Virus record (IMG/VR): IMGVR_UViG_3300035701_000017
DNA from: an uncultured virus (IMG/VR IMGVR_UViG_3300035701_000017)
Lineage: Duplodnaviria; Heunggongvirae; Uroviricota; Caudoviricetes
Direction: 5' to 3' (one strand)
DNA: 64,000 nucleotides
The translations under genes and the position numbers were made by a program. Position 1 is the stretch's first letter. Each line of letters opens with the position of its first letter. The notes beneath the pieces were generated by a model. That model was not told the origin of the DNA. It was given only the letters and a program-made list of their open reading frames with translations, and did no database searches. Positions 48,469 through 57,905 of the stretch are shown here, piece by piece.

Positions 48469-49487
48469 GTTGTCTCACATTCATTTTTAATAATCAATGG
48501 CAAAGTGTTTTTATCATGAATTAATTCTAATTCATTTAAATCTTTATTATAAAAATACCATCGATATCGATAACCATTTGTTAATAATCCATATTGACAA
48601 TTTAATGACTTTAAATATTTTTTTAATTGTTTTAATTGATGCTCATTATTTTTTCTAATAAATACTTTTGACTCTATTATTAAATAAGGTTTACTATTCT
48701 CATATAAAACTATATCTGCAAAACATCGTTTATTATAAGGTAATATTATTTTTACTTGCCTTTTTAATTGTGCTTTTTGAAAATATTTATTTAAAAATGG
48801 AATAATTATTTCATTTTCAAGTTTTATTTCATTTTGTCTGTTTTTAATTTTAGATTCAATTAAATTTTTTTGTTCTGATTTTAGAATTTCAAAATTTCTT
48901 TCAATATCTTTCATTCTAAAATTTCTTTGTTTTGCCAAATAAAAAAGCGATATCACGTTAGTTTCATCGCATTTATTTAAAAAATCTAATAAAAACATTT
49001 TGCATTCATTTGTAGGTTTTACGAATCTAGATTCAGCACCCTTTCTAACTCTTTCACAATTTAGTTTGTTTTCTTTAGACCTTTTTTCTGACATCAATTT
49101 AAGCTGTAAACAATTAAATTTATTTCTTGCACTAAGTTTAAAAACTATTTGTCGTATTGACTCACTATTTTCTTTAGTCTTTCCTTTATTCGGTCCTATA
49201 CGTCCAGGTCGGCCTTTGCTTAAATTTACTTCTTTAGAAAATCTTCTGCCTTTATTTGCTTCTGACACTTTTTTCTTTGTAGCATCAGAACAATGTTGAC
49301 CTTCTCCTCTAGATCTAAATTTCCAACCATAATAAGCAAAATTGTTTATAATAGTTCTTCCATGAACATTAAAATGTTTAGAGCATTGTAATGTCGTCCT
49401 TTTATCAATAAAATAAAGTTTGTAAAGTTCATCTTTTGGCAAAATTATAGATGAAATACTATTTATTCTATGATTCATTTTAATCAT
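48441..49487 (-). CDS. Free-standing endonuclease: HTH/NUMOD3-like N-terminus plus HsdR N-terminal-like PD-(D/E)XK domain
   Basis: TKKKVSEANKGRRFS; ADIVLY...PYLIIESK...QLKKY...YGLLTNG. Confidence 0.65.
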   Translation of the reverse strand: MIKMNHRINSISSIILPKDELYKLYFIDKRTTLQCSKHFNVHGRTIINNFAYYGWKFRSRGEGQHCSDATKKKVSEANKGRRFSKEVNLSKGRPGRIGPNKGKTKENSESIRQIVFKLSARNKFNCLQLKLMSEKRSKENKLNCERVRKGAESRFVKPTNECKMFLLDFLNKCDETNVISLFYLAKQRNFRMKDIERNFEILKSEQKNLIESKIKNRQNEIKLENEIIIPFLNKYFQKAQLKRQVKIILPYNKRCFADIVLYENSKPYLIIESKVFIRKNNEHQLKQLKKYLKSLNCQYGLLTNGYRYRWYFYNKDLNELELIHDKNTLPLIIKNECETTCTTASRIA

Positions 49488-49801
49488 TAACCTTCTTGAT
49501 TATAACGAACAAAATGATCAGTTCTATATTCGCCTATTTCATTTCCAACTTCACCAACTTTGTCAGCTGTATCATCGCGACCTTTTTCAACTCCAACTTT
49601 TTCGGGATAATATTCAGCAATAGATATCATTCCTGGATTTGAATTCTTAGTAACTTTATATAAGTTACCTTTATTCAAACCTTGAACTTGACTAGTTAAA
49701 ACAACAACATCACCAACATCAAATATTTTTGCTATTTTTGATATTGTTCTTGCTTCTTTAATCACTCTGTCAACAACTCGTTCAGTATGATTTATCAACA
49801 T
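49487..49801 (-). CDS. Hypothetical protein, 104 aa (start corrected to MLINHTER)
   Basis: AAGGAGG RBS upstream of ATG at 49801. Confidence 0.65.
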   Translation of the reverse strand: MLINHTERVVDRVIKEARTISKIAKIFDVGDVVVLTSQVQGLNKGNLYKVTKNSNPGMISIAEYYPEKVGVEKGRDDTADKVGEVGNEIGEYRTDHFVRYNQEG

Positions 49802-49811
49802 ACATCCTCCT

Positions 49812-50837
49812 TTATTCTTCATATTCAGACAATGCTGAGTAAAGCGCGCCTTTTGCAACTGCAAACATTTGATCATTAGCAAACTTTACTTCTTTAATTT
49901 TAAACGGTAATTTAATTTTTTCAATTTCTTGTTTAAATACTTTATCAAATGACATTGCTAATGAAGTTCCACCAGCTAATACAACTGAAATTGGTTGTGG
50001 AAATTCTGGAATATCTTGCATTTCAGACAACTTCTTTTCAAAACATTTTATAACATAAGCGATAAAATTTCTATAAAAAATACTTATTGACTCCTGATAT
50101 CTATCTTTTGGCGCTAATAAATCAACACCTTGCTCTTTAATTGCAGTCATTTTTGCAACTCGTTCACCAATAGCTGCTGCACTGCACTCGTCTATCCAAT
50201 CTCCTGATCTAGACACTGAGAATTCAATTGAAGAAACTCCACGGTATGACAGATTCAAATTCACCATGCCAGCTCCAAAGCTCAACGACAAACCCGTAAA
50301 ACTTTCATCATCTAATTCAGAATAGCATATTGCCCTTGCTTCATTAATAGATTCAGCTTTAAAACCAAATGATTCAATAAATGACTTTAATACATTTTCA
50401 TGATAAATAATGTTATAATTTGCGTCAATTGGTTGAGCTGGTACTGAAAATTTACAAATTTCATTTTCTTTAACAGGCTGACCTAAAACATTTTTAATGA
50501 TAGTTTTTATCATTAATAAAGCTTCCGGCTCTCTTGTACTTATTACACCTTTTTGTAATGGTCTTCTAATTTCTCTTTTAAAAACATTAGCAAAATTAAG
50601 AGCTTCCTGACCTATAACATATAGTAATTTGCCGTCATCCGACTCAATATAATTTGCATTATTTGTAGTCAACATGTTTCTAGCAAATTTGTCATTTTCA
50701 ATATCAAAAAATGCGTCACGCTGAGTACGAATTTTTATTTCATCATTTTGTTGTATTATAGCACTATTAAAAAATGCTGTTCCACAATCAATTCCGATTC
50801 CAAGTTTTCTGCTGCATTTGTCAACTTCATTTAACAT
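49812..50837 (-). CDS. Actin-like ATPase (MreB/MamK/ParM superfamily)
   Basis: Phosphate-1 GIDCGT, connect-1 NEARA, phosphate-2 SFGAGM, adenosine LAGGTS, connect-2 AVAKGAL; AAGGAG RBS before ATG 50837. Confidence 0.85.
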   Translation of the reverse strand: MLNEVDKCSRKLGIGIDCGTAFFNSAIIQQNDEIKIRTQRDAFFDIENDKFARNMLTTNNANYIESDDGKLLYVIGQEALNFANVFKREIRRPLQKGVISTREPEALLMIKTIIKNVLGQPVKENEICKFSVPAQPIDANYNIIYHENVLKSFIESFGFKAESINEARAICYSELDDESFTGLSLSFGAGMVNLNLSYRGVSSIEFSVSRSGDWIDECSAAAIGERVAKMTAIKEQGVDLLAPKDRYQESISIFYRNFIAYVIKCFEKKLSEMQDIPEFPQPISVVLAGGTSLAMSFDKVFKQEIEKIKLPFKIKEVKFANDQMFAVAKGALYSALSEYEE

Positions 50838-51969
50838 TTTGACACTCCTTCTTAATTGTTTTATCTTTTTCATTTTCATATATAGTCCTTAAATTTAATG
50901 AATCTATATTTTTAATAGTTGAATCAATTGTACTAATACAAATATCTATATCATTATTAATTTGACTTTCCCAAAATCTTAAAACAATAAAACCATTAAG
51001 AGTTAATTTATGACTTACATATTCATCTCGAGCATGTATTTGTTCAGCTGTTTTATTCATCGTTGAAAAATAATAATTTTTTTGATATTTTAATGGATTT
51101 GCATGCCAATAATCACCATCAACAAAAATTATAATCTTTCTTGACTTATCATACTCATCAATAGAAAAATGTTCATGTTTACAAGTTATTATGCATTCAG
51201 TTTCAAAATTTTGATTTTTTATTTTATCAACTATTTTATTCTTTAATTTAGCGTGTACTTTTGAATATGTTAAATGTTTTTTGTCAAATCTTTTCTTCAT
51301 TATTTCTGGTACTTGCAATACATGTTTATAACCATATCTTTTTAAATTTGTAGAAATAATCTTATTTTTTATATCAATATTTTGAGCAGGATTTTTAACT
51401 CCATATAGTTCTTGATTTGTTTTTTCAATTTTTTGTCTAATAATTAATGTTTTATTAGGATTTGTTACTCCGTATTTTTTTGTCCATGTTATCTTTAATT
51501 TATCTACATTTTCAAATGGATTTTTATATCCATATTTTTTTAAATTAGTTTGTTGCGCTTTATTATAAATATCTTTATTTTGTAAAGGATTATCAACTCC
51601 ATAACGTTCTTGACAAGTTTTTACTCTTTTTAATTCATCGCCATTGTCACTTTTAACTAAAAAACAATTATCTACATTGTACCTCAATCGTATTGTTTTT
51701 AGCGTCTTTTCATTTCTTGTTTTAAAAAATGCAGATGATTTACTAGTACCTTTGCATTGATCACAAATTACAGTTCCAGAATAAAATTTAATTTTAACAA
51801 GATTACTACATATTTTACACTTCTTATTAACAAACGTATTCTTCAATTTTTCTTTTAATTGTAGTTTTAATTGTTTATATTCATCAACAAACAAATGTCT
51901 ACATTTACTACACCACGACAAACGTCTAACTTTATTCTTTGCACATTTTTGACAAAATTTTGTATTCAT
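50827..51969 (-). CDS. Free-standing Vsr/DUF559-like homing endonuclease with T..(K/R)YG..NP repeats
   Basis: FSIDEY...IFVDGDYWH...RD...GFIVLRFWE. Confidence 0.75.
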   Translation of the reverse strand: MNTKFCQKCAKNKVRRLSWCSKCRHLFVDEYKQLKLQLKEKLKNTFVNKKCKICSNLVKIKFYSGTVICDQCKGTSKSSAFFKTRNEKTLKTIRLRYNVDNCFLVKSDNGDELKRVKTCQERYGVDNPLQNKDIYNKAQQTNLKKYGYKNPFENVDKLKITWTKKYGVTNPNKTLIIRQKIEKTNQELYGVKNPAQNIDIKNKIISTNLKRYGYKHVLQVPEIMKKRFDKKHLTYSKVHAKLKNKIVDKIKNQNFETECIITCKHEHFSIDEYDKSRKIIIFVDGDYWHANPLKYQKNYYFSTMNKTAEQIHARDEYVSHKLTLNGFIVLRFWESQINNDIDICISTIDSTIKNIDSLNLRTIYENEKDKTIKKECQNVK

Positions 51970-52634
51970 TATTTAATCGTTTTTAATTTTTTTGCTATAG
52001 ACTTAGATTTCTTATCTTCTTGAGTCGTTACAGTACCAATTTCACCATTGATATTAGTCTTTAATTCTTTATCTTGATCAAGATTTATAAAGACACTGTT
52101 CGCAACATCCATAATTGCAGATTGTTCTTTTGATACTGTTGTTGTCAACTTGCTTGTAATTTGACTAACAATATTATCTATAACATTTTTGTCAACAACA
52201 ATATTATTTGGCTGTAATTGCTTTAACTGATCAATAATAGCTGTTGTTGACGTTTGCATTAATTGATTAACATAGTTCTTAATTTCAGATAAATCAACCT
52301 GTTGTACTTGCTGTAATGGTTGAACTTGAACAACTTCATCACGAATAATTTCAGTATTATAATCATGACGTTGAATTTTTACTAAAAAATGTTTACCATG
52401 AATAACATCAATCCATCCTTTAGCTATTGCATTAATCAAATCATTAGATCTATTAGCATCAACTACAGTAATATCAAACACTTTATTATAATATACTTTC
52501 TTATCAATATCTTTTATGTACACTTCACCTACAACACGACCAACAACTCTTATATATTCAGGCATAATATTTCTCACATGGCTAAACCAATAACTTTCAC
52601 CAATATTAGATGGCACATTCATAATTTTTTCCAA
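51969..52634 (-). CDS. Hypothetical protein
   Basis: 221-aa ORF in the operon with a Q-rich linker. Confidence 0.65.
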   Translation of the reverse strand: MEKIMNVPSNIGESYWFSHVRNIMPEYIRVVGRVVGEVYIKDIDKKVYYNKVFDITVVDANRSNDLINAIAKGWIDVIHGKHFLVKIQRHDYNTEIIRDEVVQVQPLQQVQQVDLSEIKNYVNQLMQTSTTAIIDQLKQLQPNNIVVDKNVIDNIVSQITSKLTTTVSKEQSAIMDVANSVFINLDQDKELKTNINGEIGTVTTQEDKKSKSIAKKLKTIK

Positions 52635-52637
52635 CCA

Positions 52638-53093
52638 TTAAATTATTCCTTCACTCATAATAATTTCTTTGCAAGCACTATCAATTTTATTTACACTGAC
52701 ATCAAAAAAGCCTTTTCCTCTTTTAAATCCCGGATGTGTCCATTTACCACCCTCAACATTTTGCGTTGTCGCCATCCTAAATATTTTTTGTCCTGTTTTT
52801 GTTACTATCGGTATAGGACCTACATCAATTAGATATCTCATTTTATGTTTTTTAACACCTCTATTCAATATCTCTGCATAATCAGCATCTATATCAAAAG
52901 TCACACCATTCTTTTTTATTGTTGCACCGACACTGTCTATTAAATTTTTAGTATTAATTAATTTTCTTTTTGTTATTTCATCTCTAAAAACAGTAACACC
53001 TTTAGTGGCAATTTTATTTATAATTGCTTCTTTCTTAAATTTCAATTCATTAGTTCCAAATCCAACTAACTTAACTTTTAATTGCATTAACAA
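52638..53093 (-). CDS. Neck/virion morphogenesis protein (HK97 gp10-like)
   Basis: T.NL.DS...YAE.LN.G...W.HPG.....FF. Confidence 0.55.
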   Translation of the reverse strand: MLMQLKVKLVGFGTNELKFKKEAIINKIATKGVTVFRDEITKRKLINTKNLIDSVGATIKKNGVTFDIDADYAEILNRGVKKHKMRYLIDVGPIPIVTKTGQKIFRMATTQNVEGGKWTHPGFKRGKGFFDVSVNKIDSACKEIIMSEGII

Positions 53094-53340
53094 TCCTTAT
53101 ACTAAACTTTTTCTCAATTAAAGTTGACAAATTCAATATTGCAACGTTATCAGTTTTAAGTTCTATAACATTACGTTTAACTGCATCAAGTATTGTTCTA
53201 ACTACTTCATGTTCAGGATTAAATTTAAGAATTATTGCAATTCTATTTTTAGTGTCTAAAAATCTTCTCTTTATTTTATTCTTATTGTCTTCTTCAATAT
53301 CAGGTCTTAATCTTGTTCTACCAATTTTTAATTTAATCAT
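53071..53340 (-). CDS. Hypothetical protein (start probably MIKLKIG at 53340)
   Basis: ATGA overlap with the upstream stop. Confidence 0.55.
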   Translation of the reverse strand: MIKLKIGRTRLRPDIEEDNKNKIKRRFLDTKNRIAIILKFNPEHEVVRTILDAVKRNVIELKTDNVAILNLSTLIEKKFSIRIVNAIKS

Positions 53341-53744
53341 TTGATGACAATAGTTGGTTCTACTTGTGTAAATGGAAATGACACAAAATTCCAATGAGAT
53401 TCTTTATCAATTCTATATTCTAATGCAGTCGCTTTATCTTCATTTCTTTCATTAAAACCTCTAATAGCTTGTTGATCAAAAATATTAGTTGCAACTACAT
53501 TAGATTTTTTACCAACTAAATTTCGTTTATTATACGTCAATTGCTGCTCATTATACTGAAAATTTCTAATTTTTGAATCAGCAATTACAAGATCTCTTTG
53601 CTCTGTACTTAAATCATCATCATCAAATTTTTGAACAACAATAGCAATCTTATTACCTAATGGCATATTAGATATAACATTAATTGACGACAAATTTCTA
53701 TTATTCATGTCATCAACTCTTGTCATTATAGGAGTAGCTAACAT
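53337..53744 (-). CDS. Hypothetical protein
   Basis: 135-aa ORF abutting its neighbours. Confidence 0.6.
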   Translation of the reverse strand: MLATPIMTRVDDMNNRNLSSINVISNMPLGNKIAIVVQKFDDDDLSTEQRDLVIADSKIRNFQYNEQQLTYNKRNLVGKKSNVVATNIFDQQAIRGFNERNEDKATALEYRIDKESHWNFVSFPFTQVEPTIVIK

Positions 53745-54194
53745 TTACGATACCGTCACTGTTATTTTTTTTGTTTCAAATGCACCAAATTTTGCATACA
53801 CATCAGTAGACCCAGCAATATTTGCAGTCACTAAACCGTTTACAACTGTTACAACATTGTTGTTCGGATCTAATAACCATTCTGCATTTGCTGAAACATC
53901 CTGATTTTGTCCAGTCTTATTGCGACACAAAAAAGCATTCAATTGAATTTGTTCATCTGGTATAACACTATCACCTAAAAATAAAGTAATACTGTCAGTG
54001 GCACCATACAATATTAAAGCACTTGGCTGATTACTAAATTGAGATATAATTAGTGTTTTTGCTTGATTAAAAGTTAACTCAGATTTTTCAACAAAACTAT
54101 CATAATCATGATAAGCTTGTGATAATAAATCTTGAGAAATTCTTAATCTATTTTTCTCATCAAAAAATCTAGCAGCGATTGTACAATTTTCCAT
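53745..54194 (-). CDS. Protein with C-terminal Big_2-like Ig domain
   Basis: DVS..AEW......VVTV.NGLVTA..AGST.V.A...ITVTV; AAGGAG RBS. Confidence 0.65.
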   Translation of the reverse strand: MENCTIAARFFDEKNRLRISQDLLSQAYHDYDSFVEKSELTFNQAKTLIISQFSNQPSALILYGATDSITLFLGDSVIPDEQIQLNAFLCRNKTGQNQDVSANAEWLLDPNNNVVTVVNGLVTANIAGSTDVYAKFGAFETKKITVTVS

Positions 54195-54232
54195 ATATTT
54201 CTCCTTTTGCTATATATACACTTATCAAAAAA

Positions 54233-57007
54233 TTAAAAAAGCGAGTTTTCAAAATTTAACGCTCGTCCCTTTTCATCATTTCTACCAGGACCCTTATCAG
54301 TCCTCAATCTATCATTCTCAACTATCTCTCCATCAACTATAATAGGATCTTCAGTATAATGAGCATGAGATTTTCTTAATCCTATATTATGCTTATAATT
54401 AAATAAATTTAATGATGTAACAAACTCATATCTTATATCAGTTGAATCAACATACTCAACATCAAAATGTTGTTGAGTAGCTATGCCTTTAACATCAGGC
54501 GTAGATATAGGTCCAATAGCATAAACTTGAGCTTTTCTTCTTATAATAAAGTCTCTTTGAGTTATAGTTGGCGATATAGTTGTCCATGTCTTTTCCATGT
54601 TTTCTAATTTCATACCTCGTTCAGTCATACGAATTTTTTGTTCAGACTGAAACGGTGATATCCTAATTTCAAACGGCCCTTCATATCCTCCAACAAATCC
54701 AGTGCCCCAACAAAGCTTACATGAACCAACTTGAGGCTGAACATGTGTACGTTCATTTCTTTTATAACATTCACATTTTGTTCCAGTAGTTTTTCTAATA
54801 AATAATAATACTCTTTCGCCTGCATTATCAAGTAACCAATTATTTCTTCTTATTGCTTCTAAATACATATAATCCAACTTTTCAGCGGATAAAGTTTCAG
54901 CCGGACACCACTCAAGTCTTGTTTCACTACCATCTTCTAATATAGCTGTAACTTTATAATATGGAAAACTTGAAAGATTCATTTTTAATGTATTAATTTC
55001 GTACATATACGACACAGTAACAATTGAACTAATCGTCGGCACAACTGGTTCAACCCACAATTTTCTAACTTCATCATATTGCCTGTCAATTTGTAATACC
55101 ACTCGACCTTTCAAACCATCAACAGACTTCACAATTGCACTTTTACCATCAACTATTACGTCAACATCAAAAGTTTGATCTGTATACAATCTATTAGTTC
55201 TATTAGTTACAATCGGCGCATGTCTAACATCAAACCAATACTCATTTCTCTCATTTTTAATTAACGGCAAATAAGCTTTTCCTACATTAACATTGAAATA
55301 CAAAAATTTAACATTTACACTTGTATTAGGACTCTTATTATAAAACTTAACTTGTAAATTATCTTTTGAAAAATTAAGATATGAATCTAATAACACCCAA
55401 GTAGAACCATCATTATAATAAGTTGAAACATCAGTCGTTGATCTAATTATTCGTATTTTAGCTTTCATATCTGAATTTAAAACTTCAACTCTACTTACTT
55501 CCTGTGAATCCACAACTAATGAACTAACATAATAATCAGTAGCTTCACGTCTAACTTTTGATAACTTAACATACGAAAACTCACTATATGAAACTATAAA
55601 TGACATCTCAGAAAAATTTATTGAATCAGTTATCGGCCATTCAACTAGCTCATATTGCGTCTCAATATCAAAATCATTCTTCAATATAAACTTAGACTGA
55701 AAATAACAATCTTTATAACCATATACATCAATAAAATTTATACCATTAGACTGACTAAATAATCGATCATCATCAATAGCTTCCCATTGATTAGCATTTA
55801 CAATTTCACCTGTAAAATCAGTACTTACTTCAACTGGTGTTGACACTCTAAATTGATCTGACACATTTTCTTTAACGACTATTGTATTTAATTTTTGATC
55901 TCTATAAAAAGTAGTTGTTACTAGTGTTTTATTTATTTTAACAAAAGTTTTATCACTTTTTGAATAAACATCATTTGACGTTAACACATCATGTGAAACT
56001 ATATTTTGCAATGATTGCTCATCAGTTTGAGATCTGTAAATATTATAACCAACAACATCATCGCGCATTTGCATCATATCATCCCAACAAATATCTGCTG
56101 TATACTTAATATATGGAAAACTAACAAAAACATTTGTTGGCACTATATTATTTTCAAGTGGGTAAATAGTATACGACTGAGTCTTTACTATCTCTTGATT
56201 ACCAAACTCATCAACTGCAAAATATTTTAATACAACGTTATCAATAATTGCTAAAACTACCGGTGAAGCATCTTTATCTGTATAATGATTAATAGTTGGC
56301 GTTGACCCATCAAGAGTATAATAGATAGTTGCAGGCTTACTTGATGTCAACGTCACAAATTTTTCTTCATTATAATTTCCGCCACCAACACTTGCAGTTG
56401 TCACAGGCGTCACATTATCATTTACATAAGTGTCAAATGAATATAATTCAACATGAACAATATCAGAATTATCATCTTCATCAATACCAAAAAACTTTAA
56501 TGTTGTATTCTGTAATATAACTATTGGTACAGTATATTGAGTTGAAGCATTTGTTGGATATGAACCATCAACTGTATAATAAATTGTTGTATTTGGTTTA
56601 CTACTAATTAATGCAACTGATTGTTGTGAATTATATGTGGATCCTTTTGGATTTGCAATTACGACAGGCAATATTGTATCATTAACAATAATCGTAAAAC
56701 TATAATTGTCAGTGTATTGCTGAGATGCATTATCATTAACTGAAATCAAAACATCTATTATTTGCCCTCTAGTAAATATTGTAATATGTTGAATATAAAC
56801 ATCATATCCTCTAGCATTATTGTTTATTGCACCTGAAAAATTTGTTTGAAATACACCGTTAATAATAGCATCAACACCATCAACTTTCACATTAATAGTA
56901 TTTCTATTTGCAATAGATGTTTCATTGCGTATTTCAAAATAAATAGGAGCAGTTCTTGATACTCCCGCTGTATCTTTTTCTGGTGAATAACCTTGAAATA
57001 CTATCAT
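54233..57007 (-). CDS. Head closure/neck protein with N-terminal Ig and chitobiase-C-like domains
   Basis: IYYT.DGS.P repeats; C-terminal GERV.LF.RK..G..C.C...C..CWGTGF.GGY.GP. Confidence 0.55.
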   Translation of the reverse strand: MIVFQGYSPEKDTAGVSRTAPIYFEIRNETSIANRNTINVKVDGVDAIINGVFQTNFSGAINNNARGYDVYIQHITIFTRGQIIDVLISVNDNASQQYTDNYSFTIIVNDTILPVVIANPKGSTYNSQQSVALISSKPNTTIYYTVDGSYPTNASTQYTVPIVILQNTTLKFFGIDEDDNSDIVHVELYSFDTYVNDNVTPVTTASVGGGNYNEEKFVTLTSSKPATIYYTLDGSTPTINHYTDKDASPVVLAIIDNVVLKYFAVDEFGNQEIVKTQSYTIYPLENNIVPTNVFVSFPYIKYTADICWDDMMQMRDDVVGYNIYRSQTDEQSLQNIVSHDVLTSNDVYSKSDKTFVKINKTLVTTTFYRDQKLNTIVVKENVSDQFRVSTPVEVSTDFTGEIVNANQWEAIDDDRLFSQSNGINFIDVYGYKDCYFQSKFILKNDFDIETQYELVEWPITDSINFSEMSFIVSYSEFSYVKLSKVRREATDYYVSSLVVDSQEVSRVEVLNSDMKAKIRIIRSTTDVSTYYNDGSTWVLLDSYLNFSKDNLQVKFYNKSPNTSVNVKFLYFNVNVGKAYLPLIKNERNEYWFDVRHAPIVTNRTNRLYTDQTFDVDVIVDGKSAIVKSVDGLKGRVVLQIDRQYDEVRKLWVEPVVPTISSIVTVSYMYEINTLKMNLSSFPYYKVTAILEDGSETRLEWCPAETLSAEKLDYMYLEAIRRNNWLLDNAGERVLLFIRKTTGTKCECYKRNERTHVQPQVGSCKLCWGTGFVGGYEGPFEIRISPFQSEQKIRMTERGMKLENMEKTWTTISPTITQRDFIIRRKAQVYAIGPISTPDVKGIATQQHFDVEYVDSTDIRYEFVTSLNLFNYKHNIGLRKSHAHYTEDPIIVDGEIVENDRLRTDKGPGRNDEKGRALNFENSLF

Positions 57008-57402
57008 TTATTTACCTCAATCACTACTTGACTAATTATTTTGTCGTCATCATTAAGTAAAAGCGTGTTCAAATAATCTTTAATCTTTAACCAATTTATT
57101 TCACACATTGCTCTATTATCAATGTACATATCAGCATATATCTTTGGTGATGTTTCAAAATCTAAAAAGTCAGCATTTTCATTTATAGCATGAAACACAA
57201 TTGCATTTTTATTTAAAAAATCCATTGCATTTTGCAAACACTTTTCATTTCTACATGTCCACAAAATAACATAAAACTTATCATACATCCAATTAATCAC
57301 TTCTTTAGCATTTGGCATCAACTCAAACTCAGTTGCTAAATATGCCTTATCAAGTTCTTTTACTAGCGTTCCGTCAAAATCAACAGCTATTATTTTTTTC
57401 AT
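57004..57402 (-). CDS. HAD-superfamily phosphatase-like protein
   Basis: IIAVDFDGTL, ILWTCR, KIYADMYIDNR. Confidence 0.8.
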   Translation of the reverse strand: MKKIIAVDFDGTLVKELDKAYLATEFELMPNAKEVINWMYDKFYVILWTCRNEKCLQNAMDFLNKNAIVFHAINENADFLDFETSPKIYADMYIDNRAMCEINWLKIKDYLNTLLLNDDDKIISQVVIEVNK

Positions 57403-57905
57403 AAAACTTTTATCTCACAAGGTTCTTTCTTTTTACCTTTAAATACCCAATCTTTAAAATCATCCATTGAAAGCTGAACTATTGAATCTAAACCTTTCCA
57501 ATTTTTATCATAATTAGCAAGATATGCTTTTCTTGCTTTATCTTCAGTCTCAAATCCTAACATCACTTTATGTTCATCAAATCTTTTATTCTCAGGATTA
57601 ACTTGATTAACAACAAATACTGGCAAACCTTTTTTTGCATTTGTGTTAAGAAAAACGTCAACATGATCTTTATCTTTACCTTCGGTACCTTTTATATAGC
57701 CATAATGATGTTTAAGCACATTTGACCATTCTTTTCCATCTCTAGATACTCCACTCCTTGTTGATCCTTTTGGATTTTCAATAGAAATGTCAAGACCTTC
57801 AAACTTACGATGCTGTTTTTTATAATTACCGGCATCTTTCTGAGCGTCTGACAATTCTTTTGCAATTTTTAAAAAATCTGCTTGAATAATACTTAAATAT
57901 TTCAT
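57399..57905 (-). CDS. Stand-alone inorganic pyrophosphatase-like (InPase, polyvalent-protein type) domain
   Basis: AGNYKK...GL.ISIENPKGS.RSG...W...HYGYI.GT.GKD.DHVDVF...FDEHKVMLGF. Confidence 0.75.
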   Translation of the reverse strand: MKYLSIIQADFLKIAKELSDAQKDAGNYKKQHRKFEGLDISIENPKGSTRSGVSRDGKEWSNVLKHHYGYIKGTEGKDKDHVDVFLNTNAKKGLPVFVVNQVNPENKRFDEHKVMLGFETEDKARKAYLANYDKNWKGLDSIVQLSMDDFKDWVFKGKKKEPCEIKVL

